Positions 52,501 through 64,000 of a stretch of DNA of 64,000 bases are shown piece after piece. Both the position numbers and the translations under genes were made by a program. Numbering within the stretch: position 1 is the first letter of the stretch; each line of letters starts with the position of its first letter. Below the pieces are notes generated by a model. It was not told the origin of the DNA and did not search any database. It worked only from the letters and a program-made list of their open reading frames with translations. The stretch covers positions 31,534-95,533 of the forward strand of contig NIVC01001722.1 of assembly GCA_002269645.1 (NCBI GenBank). The letters run 5' to 3'. This stretch comes from Macrostomum lignano (Eukaryota).

Positions 52501-55500
52501 TCAATCGGTTTGCTGTTACAGCATGAGTTACATGTGAGAAGGTGCTCCTGTACAGCAGATCTTTTGGTCCAGTGCTCCTTGACCCTAGTGTACAAGTGTC
52601 GCTTAGTTTTTCTGATGTACGAAATACTCTGGTCGCCAGAGCAATGAAATTTATAAACGACACCTGCATTGAGAGGCCGAGGGACACGGGACTTCAAGTT
52701 GCAGACATACTGGGACACCTTCTCTGTGCGGAACGTGATCCTAAGCTGAACGTTGAGGCTTTTTTGAACAGTTTTTCAACTTTCTTCTTAAACTCAATAG
52801 AGCAGAGGCCAAAAAACGGCAACACAATCGTAGGGCCGTTAGTTTCTCTAGCATTATACTCCTGAGTGCTCTGTTGATTAGTCAGCTTGTTATTTAAAAA
52901 CTGGTTCACAATGCGAGACACATAGTTCCTGGGGTAACCATTCCCAATGAGATGGCCAGTAAGCTGTTCCACCTCATCATGAAACAGTTTCCAGGAGCTA
53001 CAGATCAGAAAAGCTCTATGCAGAAAGCAGCGAATCAGGCCATTCTTCCATTGCCATTGCCATTTCCATTGCCACAACCCCAGGTAGAACCACAACCTCA
53101 GGTAGAACCACAACCCCAGGTAGAACCACAACCCCAGGTAGAACCACAACCCCAGGTAGAACCACAACCTCAGGTAGAACCACAACCCCAGGTAGAACCA
53201 CAACCCCAGGTAGAACCACAACCCCAGGTAGAACCACAACCCCAGGTAGAACCACAACCCCAGGTAGAACCACAACCCCAGGTAGAACCACAACCCCAGG
53301 TAGAACCGCAACCCCAGGTAGAACCACAACCCCAGGTAGAACCACAACCCCAGGTAGAATCGCAACCCCAGGTAGAACCACAACCCCAGGTAGAACCACA
53401 ACCCCAGGTAGAATCGCAACCCCAGGTAGAACCACAACCCCAGGTAGAACCGCAACCCACAACCCCAGGTAGAACCGCAACCCACAACCCCAGGTAGAAC
53501 CACAACCCCAGGTAGAACCACAACTCCAGGTAGAACCACAACCCCAGGTATAGAACCACAACCCCAGGTAGAACCACAACCCCAGGTAGAACCACAACCC
53601 CAGGTAGAACCACAACCCCAGGTAGAACCGCAACCCACAACCCTCAGTCAATGACCCGAGCTCACCAGTGTTTAAGAAATCTTCTTCAAAGGTGCAGTTC
53701 CACCTGTGGTGCTGGAACATGACCTGGCAGGCCCGGTAGCCATTCACCAGGCCGCTGTGCGCCAGTCGGTCAGCCACGCTGCCGGCGCGGCAGAGGTTGC
53801 GCAGACGCGGCGTCAGGTCAGCGGCGGTGCACAGCTCGTCGGGCACATGCTTGAGCAGCTGGTAGAATGAGGTCGAGTCCATGGGCGGCTGCTGCCTTCT
53901 GAACTGCGACCGTCTGTGGAGCAAAGAGAGAACCAGCTGTTACCCCTCTGACTGTTTCCCAGACAGCTGCTGTCCCCCTGTGACTGTTTCCCAGACAGCT
54001 GCTGTCCCCCCTGTGACTGTTTCCCAGACAGCTGCTGTCCCCCCTGTGACTGTTTCCCAGACAGCTGCTGTCCCCTCTGTGACTGTTTCCCAGACAGCTG
54101 CTGTCCCCTCTGTGACTGTTTCCAGACAGCTGCTGTCCCCTCTGTGACTGTTTCCCAGACAGCTGCTGTCCCCTCCGTGACTGTTTCCAGACAGCTGCTG
54201 TCCCCTCTGTGACTGTTTCCCAGACAGCTGCTGTCCCCTCCGTGACTGTTTCCCAGACAGCTGCTCAGCTGCTGTCCCCTCCATGACTGTTTCCCAGACA
54301 GCTGCTGTCCCCTCTGTGACTGTTTCCAGACAGCTGCTGTCCCCTCTGTGACTGTTTCCAGACAGCTGCTGTCCCCTCTGTGACTGTTTCCAGACAGCTG
54401 CTGTCCCCTCTGTGACTGTTTCCAGACAGCTGCTGTCCCCTCTGTGACTGTTTTCTTGCAATTAGCTCGTATTGCATTGATCAGTCATTAAGCCTCTTTA
54501 AAGTGTTCAGTATACAAAATTTACCGAACAGAATTGAATAGCATATTTTTGTTAGATTTCTCTTGCGTAGAGGTGTGGATGAATATTTTCGAACGCCTGT
54601 TGCCATCAAGTGAAATAAATTTGCACGTGGTTTCCCGCGCTCTCAACAGGATTCGCACGCTGTGGCCCCAATTTAATTATTGATTATTACGCAATTCAAT
54701 AAACCTTGCCGCTTTCTGAATCCCCTTTCCGAGTTGAAGCATTTTTCGCACCTTGTAAACGTGCAGTTTCAAAGGCGAGGTTGTCAAACAGAGCTTGTTC
54801 GGTTGGTGCTAATAGCAAGCTAATCAGACTGACTCGAATGGCACCCGTGACTGCAACTTGCAGTGCGTGTAACATTTGTTTATGCATACTCATGCTGCCT
54901 GCAAGCCTCACCTGTTGAGTCTCGCGAAAATTTTTGAAGCCTGCCAGTCTATAGTAGGTTTCTTAACTGTTGGTACTTAAGATTTTTCACATTCTCAGAT
55001 ATCTGCAGAACTCAAGCTGATGAACTGGTTCGATCGTTGCATAATGTACATCTTGCCTGCACACTCTGTGCTTTTCACTGCCAATTTTATGCAAAACCTG
55101 ACTGATCTTTCTGAACTCACTCGCTCTTCATCTCTGAACGTCTCCCCTTCATCTCTCTGACACCGTCACACCTCCATTTCTGATGCCTCACTTCTCTGAC
55201 ACCTCCGTTTCTGATGCCTCACTTCTCTGACACCTCCGTTTCTGATCCCTCACTTCTCTGACACCTCCGTTTCTGATGCCTCACTTCTCTGACACCTCCG
55301 TTTCTGATGCCTCACTTCTCTGACACCTCCGTTTCTGATGCCTCCTCTTTCTGATCCCTCACTTCTCTGACACCTCTTTCTGATCCCTCACTTCTCTGAC
55401 GCCTCCCCTTTCTGATTCCTCACTTCTCTGACACCTCCTTTCTGATCCCTCACTTCTCTGACACCTCCTTTCTGATCCCTCACTTCTCTGACACCTCCTT

Positions 55501-56814
55501 TCTGATGCCTCACTTCTCTGACACCTCCTTTCTGATCCCTCACTTCTCTGACACCCCCTTTCTGATTCCTCACTTCTCTGACACCTTCTTTCTGATCCCT
55601 CACTTCTCTGACACCTTTCTGATCCCTCACTTCTCTGACACCTCTTTCTGATCCCCACTTCTCTGACACCTTTCTGATGCCTCACTTCTCTGACACCCCC
55701 TTTCTGATGCCTCAATTCTCTGACACCTCCTTTCTGATGCCTCACTTCTCTGACACCTCCGTTTCTGATCCCTCACTTCTCTGACGCCTCCCCTTTCTGA
55801 TTCCTCACTTCTCTGACACCTCCTTTCTGATCCCTCACTTCTCTGACGCCTCCCTTTCTGATTCCTCACTTCTCTGACACCTCCTTTCTGATCCCTCACT
55901 TCTCTGACACCTCCTTTCTGATGCCTCACTTCTCTGACACCTCCTCTTTCTGATCCCTCACTTCTCTGACACCCCCTTTCTGATGCCTCACTTCTCTGAC
56001 ACCTTTCTGATCCCTCACTTCTCTGACACCTCTTTCTGATCCCCACTTCTCTGACACCTTTCTGATCCCTCACTTCTCTGACACCTCTTTCTGATCCCCC
56101 ACTTCTCTGACACCTTTCTGATCCCTCACTTCTCTGACACCTCTTTCTGATCCCTCACTTCTCTGACGCCTCCCCTTTCTGATTCCTCACTTCTCTGACA
56201 CCTCCTTTCTGATCCCTCACTTCTCTGACACCTCCTTTCTGATGCCTCACTTCTCTGACACCTCCTTTCTGATGCCTCACTTCTCTGACACCTCTTTCTG
56301 ATCCCTCACTTCTCTGACACCTCCTTTCTGATGCCTCACTTCTCTGACACCTCCTTTCTGATGCCTCACTTCTCTGACACCTCCTCTTTCTGATGCCTCA
56401 CTTCTCTGACACCTCCTCTTTCTGATCCCTCACTTCTCTGACACCTCTTTCTGATCCCCACTTCTCTGACGCCTCCTCTTTCTAATCCCTTACTTCTCTG
56501 ACACCCCTTTCTGATGCCTCACTTCTCTGACACCCCCTTTCTGATCCCTCACTTCTCTGCCAACCTAGTTCTGATCCCTCACTTCTCTGATCCTTCCTCA
56601 CTTGTTTCTTTACTTTTCTGATCCCCTCCTTTCCGCACTTACTCCCGAACACCTAGCGCCTCATCAGTTGAAGTGCTGCCACTCAACAGTGATCATATAC
56701 TCACCGAGCTACAGTTGGCCCAGCCAGCAAAAGCAAGCAGACCGCCGGAAGCAGCACAACTGGTAGATGGCTCCGCCGCAGCTTAAAGTTGCTTTCGAAC
56801 TGCGAGTTCGCCAT
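46577..56814 (-). CDS. WNT: Divergent Wnt-family ligand, 4 exons, 448 aa
   Basis: Exons 56814-56705 (signal peptide ...[21 protein letters not shown]), 53913-53666 ([12 protein letters not shown]), 48369-47954 ([24 protein letters not shown]), 47149-46577 ([33 protein letters not shown]); all in phase. Subfamily not assignable. Confidence 0.88.
47160..47838. repeat. Degenerate G-rich modular repeat (GGGTTGGGGAGTTC...GATGAAGGAGTCTGGG)
   Basis: Fills Wnt intron 3; accounts for the PSSPS/QTPS part of ORF 46577-47722. Confidence 0.85.
48478..51598. repeat. 10-bp satellite (GAGAAGCTAA)n, ~3.1 kb
   Basis: About 300 units with recurring variant blocks. Confidence 0.98.
52150..53050 (-). mobile_element. 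5'-truncated Penelope-like element (RT-EN linker and GIY-YIG), decayed
   Basis: [18 protein letters not shown]...NGYP...IVLPFFG, then a one-base shift in the A6 run (52760-52765), then [19 protein letters not shown]...YIRKT (G>R in the YIG motif)...[14 protein letters not shown]; hammerhead downstream. Confidence 0.88.
52180..52229 (-). ncRNA. Minimal type I hammerhead ribozyme in the 3' region of a PLE
   Basis: AUUGCC-CUGACGA-U-GACC[UACAUGUACAAG]GGUC-GAAA-UGCA-UU-GGUAAU: 6-bp stem I, 4-bp stem II, palindromic UGCA loop III, AUU triplet. Confidence 0.7.
53050..53642. repeat. (CCATTG)n followed by an 18-bp minisatellite (CCCAGGTAGAACCACAAC)
   Basis: Runs from the PLE 5' junction to ~25 bp from the Wnt exon-2 donor. 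Confidence 0.95.
53945..54452. repeat. 32-33-bp minisatellite (CCCAGACAGCTGCTGTCCCCTCTGTGACTGTTT)
   Basis: Tandem units next to the Wnt exon-2 acceptor. Confidence 0.93.
55150..56590. repeat. ~30-bp CT-rich minisatellite (CTGATCCCTCACTTCTCTGACACCTCCTTT)
   Basis: Tandem, variable unit length. Confidence 0.95.
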
Positions 56815-58930
56815 AAGGATTCGACAGGCCTGTCAGCCGATCCTGCTCCTTGAGTCTTCAGGCGCAGCTAATAGTTTAATATTTATTTAAAGCAAAACCG
56901 TGCGCAATGTCACCTTGTAATTGCTCTAGTCAGCAACCACGGTGAGTAAAGTTATAAATTTGACTATCAGTCAAGCGCACCCCCCCCCCCCACCGAGGAA
57001 CATGCGGTGAATGGCTTTGGGGGCGTTCGCAGCCAACCCCGATGAAGTCTGGCCTGCAGCCAATTAAAACTGACCTACCTCGTGAAGAGCTGCCAGCGAG
57101 AGCTTCGAGTGAGCGAAATTTATTATCTCGTTATCCACTCCAGCAGTGCTGATAATAATGCATTTGAACCGTGAATTCCCTTTTTTAGTCAGAAACTTTC
57201 AAAATACCTTTCAATACTTACATGTAGGACGACACAGAATTGCTAGAAAAAATCTGCTTACATGTTATACTGCATGTGCATGTAAATTTGAAATCTTAAC
57301 CTGATCAAAGGTTAGTAATATGAAATTGTCAAACATTCAAAACTGCATGTACGAGTACGAGTACATGTGTACACGTATAAAAATGATCAGCTGGACAAAA
57401 GATCACGGATCAGTGTTCGCGTTCTTACGCTCTACTTCTTTTACAACTGCATTCATTAGTCAATTGTTATTGACTTCATACAAGAAAATGTTTTTTAAAA
57501 AAGCTAAAAATACCAATCCCAGAGTAATAATCCTAACAATCCTATTTTTTCCAATCCCAGAGTAATACCAAAATGGTGAGTCTCTCATTTGACTTTGATT
57601 TGTAAATTTGGCAAAATTGAATAAAAATAGGCGTAATAATAGGCGTCTAGGAGGAGATACGCGTTAAACCCGGCCGGTCGGTTCACTCAGCTTTTTTAGA
57701 TATAAGAAGAAGAGAAGAGAAGAAGAGAAAGAAGAAAGAAGAAAGAAAAAGAAGATTACAATGCTGCTCAATATTCGTTTTTTTGTTTTAATGTCTATAT
57801 ACCACTGCACTCCCACTCGTGGTGCGATATCGCAACATCGCACTAAAGAAGCCAGAAAAACCTCATTAATCACTCACTAAAGCCGATTTTCCTGTGCGTT
57901 TATCTATGGGATATATCGCAGAGGTCCAATGTTACATGTAATAACATCATGGGTGCTAATTTATCCAGAAACGCCCGAAACAAAATTCAAACGGCAAAAT
58001 TTTGCAGACATCTGTGTGGCAAAGCGATCATAAAGTGTGACGATAATAAAAATGTTCGTCAAAACTGCGAAAAATATATAATGACCTGTTTTTGTAACAG
58101 TTTGCTATCCATATCCGTAATCTATATCTATAAATTGTTATATTACGTAATAAAATCAAATTTACTACATTCCAAGACAAGCGTGCAGGTCGGTTTGAAA
58201 AATGTCGGTTAGTTGCCAATTGCCAATTGCCATGTTACACACGGTTTGTTCTTAGTTTTTTATGATGCAGAAAACAGACTTTGACAAAACTGTATAGAAA
58301 ACAGCGATGAATCGAAGGCCAAGAGATAATCTAATTTTGAGGCAACTTTTATTATGAAACTTCTACTTTTAAATTTGGAAGATGTCAAACAGGTTTGCAA
58401 ATTTTATTATACTCGCTAAAATTGGGTTAAAATTGCCAGTAGGCAACAAAGTTATCTAAAGTCCAGTAAAATTTAATCTGCACCAAAGCATGTATAGATT
58501 GCTATTCATGCATCATTATTTATTTATTTATATAAAGTTACAAATGGGGATGATCAGCACTCAGAGTCAGAATTTTAGAAGTTAAAGTAGCTGTCGAATC
58601 AGTTCATTTCGAAACCTAGATCAATTGATCAACTGGTCTTTAATCGATTGAAGATTTTATTGTTTGCTTTACAGATTATTGAGTTATACACCAACTTCTC
58701 TATTTATCTTAAGCAGAGATGTTTCTATGGATTCATGTAAGTTCAACTTAAATTGAGAATGGTATTTAATAGCCAGTAATTAGTATATTTTTCAAATTTA
58801 ATCCAAAAATGAAATACAGATGGAGTATTCTTGATATTAAAAAAATAATTTATTAGTACTTTGTATTATTTTATTCAAAGCAAAGTTAGTACAAAATTTT
58901 AATAAATTAAGCTCTTCTCCTTACTTGCAG

Positions 58931-61900
58931 GCCACCAATTTAAACAAATCACCTGGCATTCCATCGGATCTAATTGTTGTCATGGCAACAAGGCATTGCT
59001 CTGCTCCTATTCCAGCACACAGAGCAGATTCCCTAGCCAGGGCCACAGGGCCTGCCCAAACTGTGGCATTGTGGGGACTCTGGCTCCGCTCAGTGCAACC
59101 TCGGCATTTGTGCGTTGCTCCAACTGTCGCCAGTTCTTCATCAACAGGTCGACTGTTGCTGCAGCCACTTTTGATGACGTGGCAGTGAACGGGCGGCAGC
59201 TGCTGCCGCTGCAGCTCGGACATTATCCAACATCATTGGGAGTCGGAGAATTCCTTATCCCAGGGAGGTGAGTTTGTTGCTAGGGCACTCCTTTATCGCT
59301 CAACTACTCTGGCGCCATTTCTCATTCTAAACGCCATTTTTTATTTTTAGCTCCATTTCTTATTCCATTCTCATTACATATCGGTAATATGTAATCTAGG
59401 TTTCGTACACCAATTATTTACATTGACGTCTGTTAAATAAAAATTATTAATAACTACATGTAACAATAGATACAGACTACTCACAGTATAAACATGCAAA
59501 AACTTGCGTTAGATACGCGCCCACCTCGACCAGTACGTAGTGGGTCAGGAGTCCGCAAAGCGCCTGCTGAGTGTGCAGGCATATGCACACTACCGCAGGC
59601 TGCAGCACAATCTGCTTGGCCCCGACAAGCCCGAAGATCAACTGGAATCACAGCTGACACCTCTTTCGAGTAAGATTTCGGTTTCGAATCTTTTTTCAGC
59701 ATTCGTTGCTATACCGTGTATTTTTCGTGACCTTCACTTGTACCAGCAATTCTCACCCCTGCCTATATATTCTTCTAGAAGCAGCTGACGAATCAAAATT
59801 TCTATCTGCTTTGATGCAGCGGCAGCAGATGCCTGTTGATGGGATTAAAAAGTTCCTCTCATTTAGAGGTAAGCTTAGTTTATAAGCTAGTATTAGCTTA
59901 TTATTATAATGCGAAATAAGCACTATAGCAGGTGTTACGGAGTGGCGCCAGCAGATATGTTACAGAGTGGCGTCAGCAGGTGTTACAGAGTGGCGCCAGC
60001 AGATATGTTACAGAGTGGCGCCAGCAGGTGTTACAGAGTGGCGTCAGCAGGTGTTACAGAGTGGCGTCAGCAGATGTTACAGAGTGGCGTCAGCAAGTCT
60101 TACAATCCTGCCGCTCTCCCCTTTTCATCAGGCATTCTCCGGGCGTTTGGCTTTGAGCGGAAACAACAACCGCTGCAGTCGCCGCCGCAGTCTGCAAGAA
60201 GCCCAGTTCGGCTGTCCAAGAGCAACGTGCTGCTCATCGGTCCGAGCGGCTCCGGCAAGACCCAGCTGGTCCGCGCCCTGGCCCGCTCGCTCCGCGTACC
60301 CTTCGCCGCCTGCAGCTGCGCCGGCCTCACCCAGACAGGCTATTCCGGCGAGGGGGTCCAGTCGGCGCTCGCCGGCCTCTTGAGCGCCGCGGGCGGCTGT
60401 CCCGCCGGGCTAGGACTGGCGTGCTGTTCTTGGACGAGATTGACAAACTGGCTTCGTCAGCGTCTTCTGGCTTAGCAGCGGCCGAGGTTCAAGGAGATGT
60501 CGGCGGCGTTGGCGTTCAGCGGGACCTGCTGCGTCTGCTGGACGGCGCGGAGGTCGGCGTGTGCACCGCCGGTGAGCGAGACGATCTGGTGCAGCCCTTC
60601 GCACTGTGTGAATAGTAACTGATGGCTGTGTGAATAGTAGCTGTTGGCTGTGTGAATAGTAGCTGTTGGCTGTGTGAATAGTAGCTGTTGGCTGTGTGAA
60701 TAATAGCTGTTGACTGTGTGAATAGTAGCTGTTGAATGTGTGAATAGTAGCTTTTTGGCTGCGTGAATAGTAGCTGTTGGTTGTGTGAATAGTAGCTGTT
60801 GGTTGTGTGAATAGTAGCTGTTGGCTGTGTGAATAGTAGCTGTTGGCTGTGTGAATAGTAGCTGTTGGCGGTGTGAATAGTACCTGTTGGCTGTGTGAAT
60901 AGTAGCTGTTGACTGCGTGAATAGTAGCTGTTGGTTGTGTGAATAGTAGCTGTTGGCTGTGTGAATAGTAGCTGTTGGCTGTGTGAATAGTAGCTGTTGG
61001 TTGTGTGAATAGTAGCTGTTGACTGCGTGAATAGTAGCTGTTGGCTGTGTGAATAGTAGCTGTTGGCTGTGTGAATAGTAGCTGTTGGCTGTGTGAATAG
61101 TAGCTGTTGGTTGTGTGAATAGTAGCTGTTGGTTGTGTGAATAGTAGCTGTTGGCGGTGTGAATAGTAGCTGTTTGGCTGTGTGAATAGTAGCTGTTGAC
61201 TGCGTGAATAGTAGCTGTTGACTGCGTGAACAGTACATGTAGTTTCAACGACAATTACTGGATACATGACTGTCTGTGTCCATAATAGAGCGAATCTGTC
61301 TGGCACACTTCAGTGCATCTGGACAAATGATAGGATATGATGCAGCTAACGTGTCCGCTGCCCGTCTTTAAACTATTGATAAGATTCGGCGAACACCGTT
61401 CAATTGGACACCAACGACATTCTGTTTGTGGCGTCGGGCACCTTCACCGGCCTCTCAGCTATTGTTCGCCGTCGCGAGGCCAAAGCTGGCGCCGCCACCA
61501 ATACCAATAGAGAGTATTTGGCCATCTCGAGCGACGAGGAGGTCAGCAGCGCTCTGGCGCGGATGCAGCCGCCTGACCTGGTGCAGTTTGGCCTGCTGCC
61601 CGAGCTGGTTGGCCGGCTGCCAGCCGTCGGGTTGCTCGCCAGCCTGCGCCCGGCCGAGCTGGCCCGCTGCCTCACCGAGCCGCGCGACTCGCTGGCCCGC
61701 CAGTACCACAGCCTGCTGGCCGCTGACGGCTGCCGGCTAGTGCTGGAGCCCGGCGCCGCTCTGGCAATCGGCGAGGCGGCCGCGCGGCGTGGACTGGGCG
61801 CCAGAGGCCTGCGAGCAATCTTTGAGGCCCTGCTAATCAAAGCGCGCTTTGAAGCGCCCGGCGCCGGACAGGCAAGCGAAGTGCGCCTCACTGCCAACTG

Positions 61901-61994
61901 CTGCCGGTGCTGGCGAGTCGGGTGCCGGCCTGCCGACGGCGGCGCGCTGCGTTTTCTTGGAAACGGCCCGATTAGAAGGGATCAGGACGATTAA
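58931..61994 (+). CDS. CLPX: Mitochondrial-type ClpX AAA+ ATPase, multi-exon, two frame discontinuities
   Basis: Exons 58931-59267, 59513-59669, 59779-59868, 60132-60571, 61384-61994; tentative first exon 58727-58736. C4 zinc domain [21 protein letters not shown]|[65 protein letters not shown]. Frame breaks at ~59148-59185 and ~60405. Confidence 0.8.
59925..60097. repeat. 23-bp minisatellite (GCAGGTGTTACAGAGTGGCGCCA)
   Basis: About 7 units in a ClpX intron. Confidence 0.9.
60605..61230. repeat. 22-bp minisatellite (TGTGTGAATAGTAGCTGTTGGC)
   Basis: About 28 units in a ClpX intron. Confidence 0.95.
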
Positions 61995-64000
61995 CTGAGA
62001 AAACCAAACTTAGAAGAACACTAACCGCTAACTATAACGACGAAGTTATTTAATTTAATAATTGTGTTAATCTTGCCAACTATTTTATTTTCTTGACACA
62101 ATTTTGACATCAATTTCCAAACGTGCGTTTATTTTTATTTTTATTTTTCTTAATTCCCTTTATTTTGCTACGAGTAGACGATATACTCTAAATGTTCGGT
62201 TCGGTTGAAGAACACTACAATAAAACTTTTAAAAATGCTATCGTGTGTTTTTTTGTTTTAAAGAACAAAGTTCCCTTTATCGAGATTTATCTAGTGGAAA
62301 TCGTCAATACGAGCGTAATGTTGCAATTTTAGTTGCGTTTCCGAACTTCTGTACGAAGTCGAGAGGTGACCGCATGCACAGAATTTAAACTGTCATTTAA
62401 ATTTATATAATGCTGCTCATATTTACATAAAAGCTCTACAAGAATCACGCAGTTCTAAAAGGGCCTGTTAACTCAAGCTCATAAAGTGGAGCCCGTGTAA
62501 TCCATGTAGACAAATGATACGTCATTCAGCTCACAGTGACACCAGGAAGCATGGTTTAGGAAAAAAGCGACAAAAATTGGACTTGAAAATTACTATATTA
62601 ACTGAAAGTATGGCTTACACGCAAATGTACTGAGCTGCCCATCTAGTTATTCTAGTAATTTGTGGTTTGTACGAAGCGACTATTAATAAATAAATTAGTT
62701 TCGAATTATAACATCTTTTGGACGCGCAGTACTTATATTTCAGCGCAGTAGTTTATCTTAAACTGTAGTGACCTCGGCTAGCATTAATTGATCCTTAGCG
62801 ATACAATTAGAAAGATTTTAGGCTACTTTAGGCTAATTATACGTTTCTCCGCGAATTATCGGGTGGTGGCAGCGATCTACTATTATAGTACTATATGCTC
62901 AGCAAATTTTAGTTTTTTATATATGGAAAGAGATTCTCTCCGTAGTGCAGGAGTCAGGAGTCGCCAACATTGCAACAGGTTGCTCAGACAGATCAGGTTG
63001 GTTCATGGAGAAAGCACTAGACTCACTCAACCAAATGTAAAGGTAACATACAGCAAGTCTACCAGTTTCATTGTTTAAGTAAGGCCTCAGGTTTAGAGCT
63101 TAGAATGAAAGGCATATCATAAAATGCAGCTGAGAAGATCTCCCAAAGAAGTCCTGGCATGGCATGCATTAAAGTGAAAAAATTTAACATATTTTACTTA
63201 CATTTAAGTCTAAAAAACTTCTACTAAAGCAAGTTAAGAATTTATTGGTATATTAAATATACAATAGTATAAAGGAAACACTCCTGCTAGGCATTTAAAG
63301 CCAGTTTGTAAACAATAAAATATATAATAAAATAATGCTTTATTCTAATTTTTTAAAAAGCAAATATATCAGGTTTTGCATTTTTAACTTTTAATATGTT
63401 CTAACTAGTTCTTAAAGCTCATAATGTGAGTTTTAAATGAAATAAATGTAACAAATAATGCAAATGAAAACATATTGCAATTATACATTTTAAAGAACAG
63501 TGCAAGTCACATTTTATATAGCTTTTTACATTGCAAATTATATGAAACTAGAAAGTTTAAGTTTAAAAAAAGTTATTACCTGTTTTACTTGCTACTTGTT
63601 AATTATTTAGCAATTTACATTATATATATACTTAAAAGTGCATAGTGATGGCTATAATAAACAGTATCATTATCAGTAATCATAAGGTAGATTATCACTT
63701 AGCTAAGGCCCAATGGCTTTTGTAAAAAAGCATATATCAGTTTCGAAGTAATTCTAAGCTGTAAAGCTGTACAAAATTTTATATTTACATTATATTTTTA
63801 TTACTACGTCATTAGCAAAAAATCAATAGGCCTAAGACACGGACAGTTAAATATAAATAGCAATCTGAACTAGACTACAAATTATGCTCAGAACAAAAAT
63901 ATAGTTAAACAAGAGCGAGGGTGGATAAAGCTATTTTATAAAAAAACTTGATAGACACCTTTATTTGTCATTCTATTCAGTAAAATTATTTAAACCTCAG

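Noticed and set aside
56610-56670. CTGATGA...GAAA hammerhead-like string on the minus strand (and a GGTCGAAAC string near 41060)
   Set aside because: No usable stem I or cleavage triplet at the first; no CUGANGA core at the second.

Overview
Eukaryotic (metazoan) genomic DNA. GC-rich exons, AT-rich spacers and minisatellite-filled introns suggest a flatworm such as Macrostomum; this is an inference only. Five host genes were reconstructed by hand from splice sites and reading phase: intronless RAB28 (+), a phosphorylase kinase alpha subunit with 13 identified exons (-, first exon not found), glutamine synthetase (+, 5 exons), a divergent Wnt (-, 4 exons) and a mitochondrial-type ClpX (+, two frame discontinuities). 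Mobile DNA includes a young, full-length Ty3/Gypsy (Mag-like) LTR element with one nonsense codon, Penelope-like element (PLE) remnants, a hAT-type MITE, a CACTA-like MITE and tRNA-derived SINE pieces. About 25 distinct tandem arrays explain most long ORFs in the supplied track. The most striking object is a 2.2-kb foldback element (41966-44140) bounded by 278-bp inverted PLE pseudo-LTRs. Each repeat carries a hammerhead-ribozyme motif, and they enclose a captured DIRS/Ngaro-type gag fragment, a 12-bp array and a GIY-YIG tail. A second outward-facing hammerhead pair (3428-3700) and a fifth hammerhead in a Wnt intron are also present. Both inverted pairs lie between convergently transcribed genes. 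Coordinates were read manually; repeat edges are approximate.
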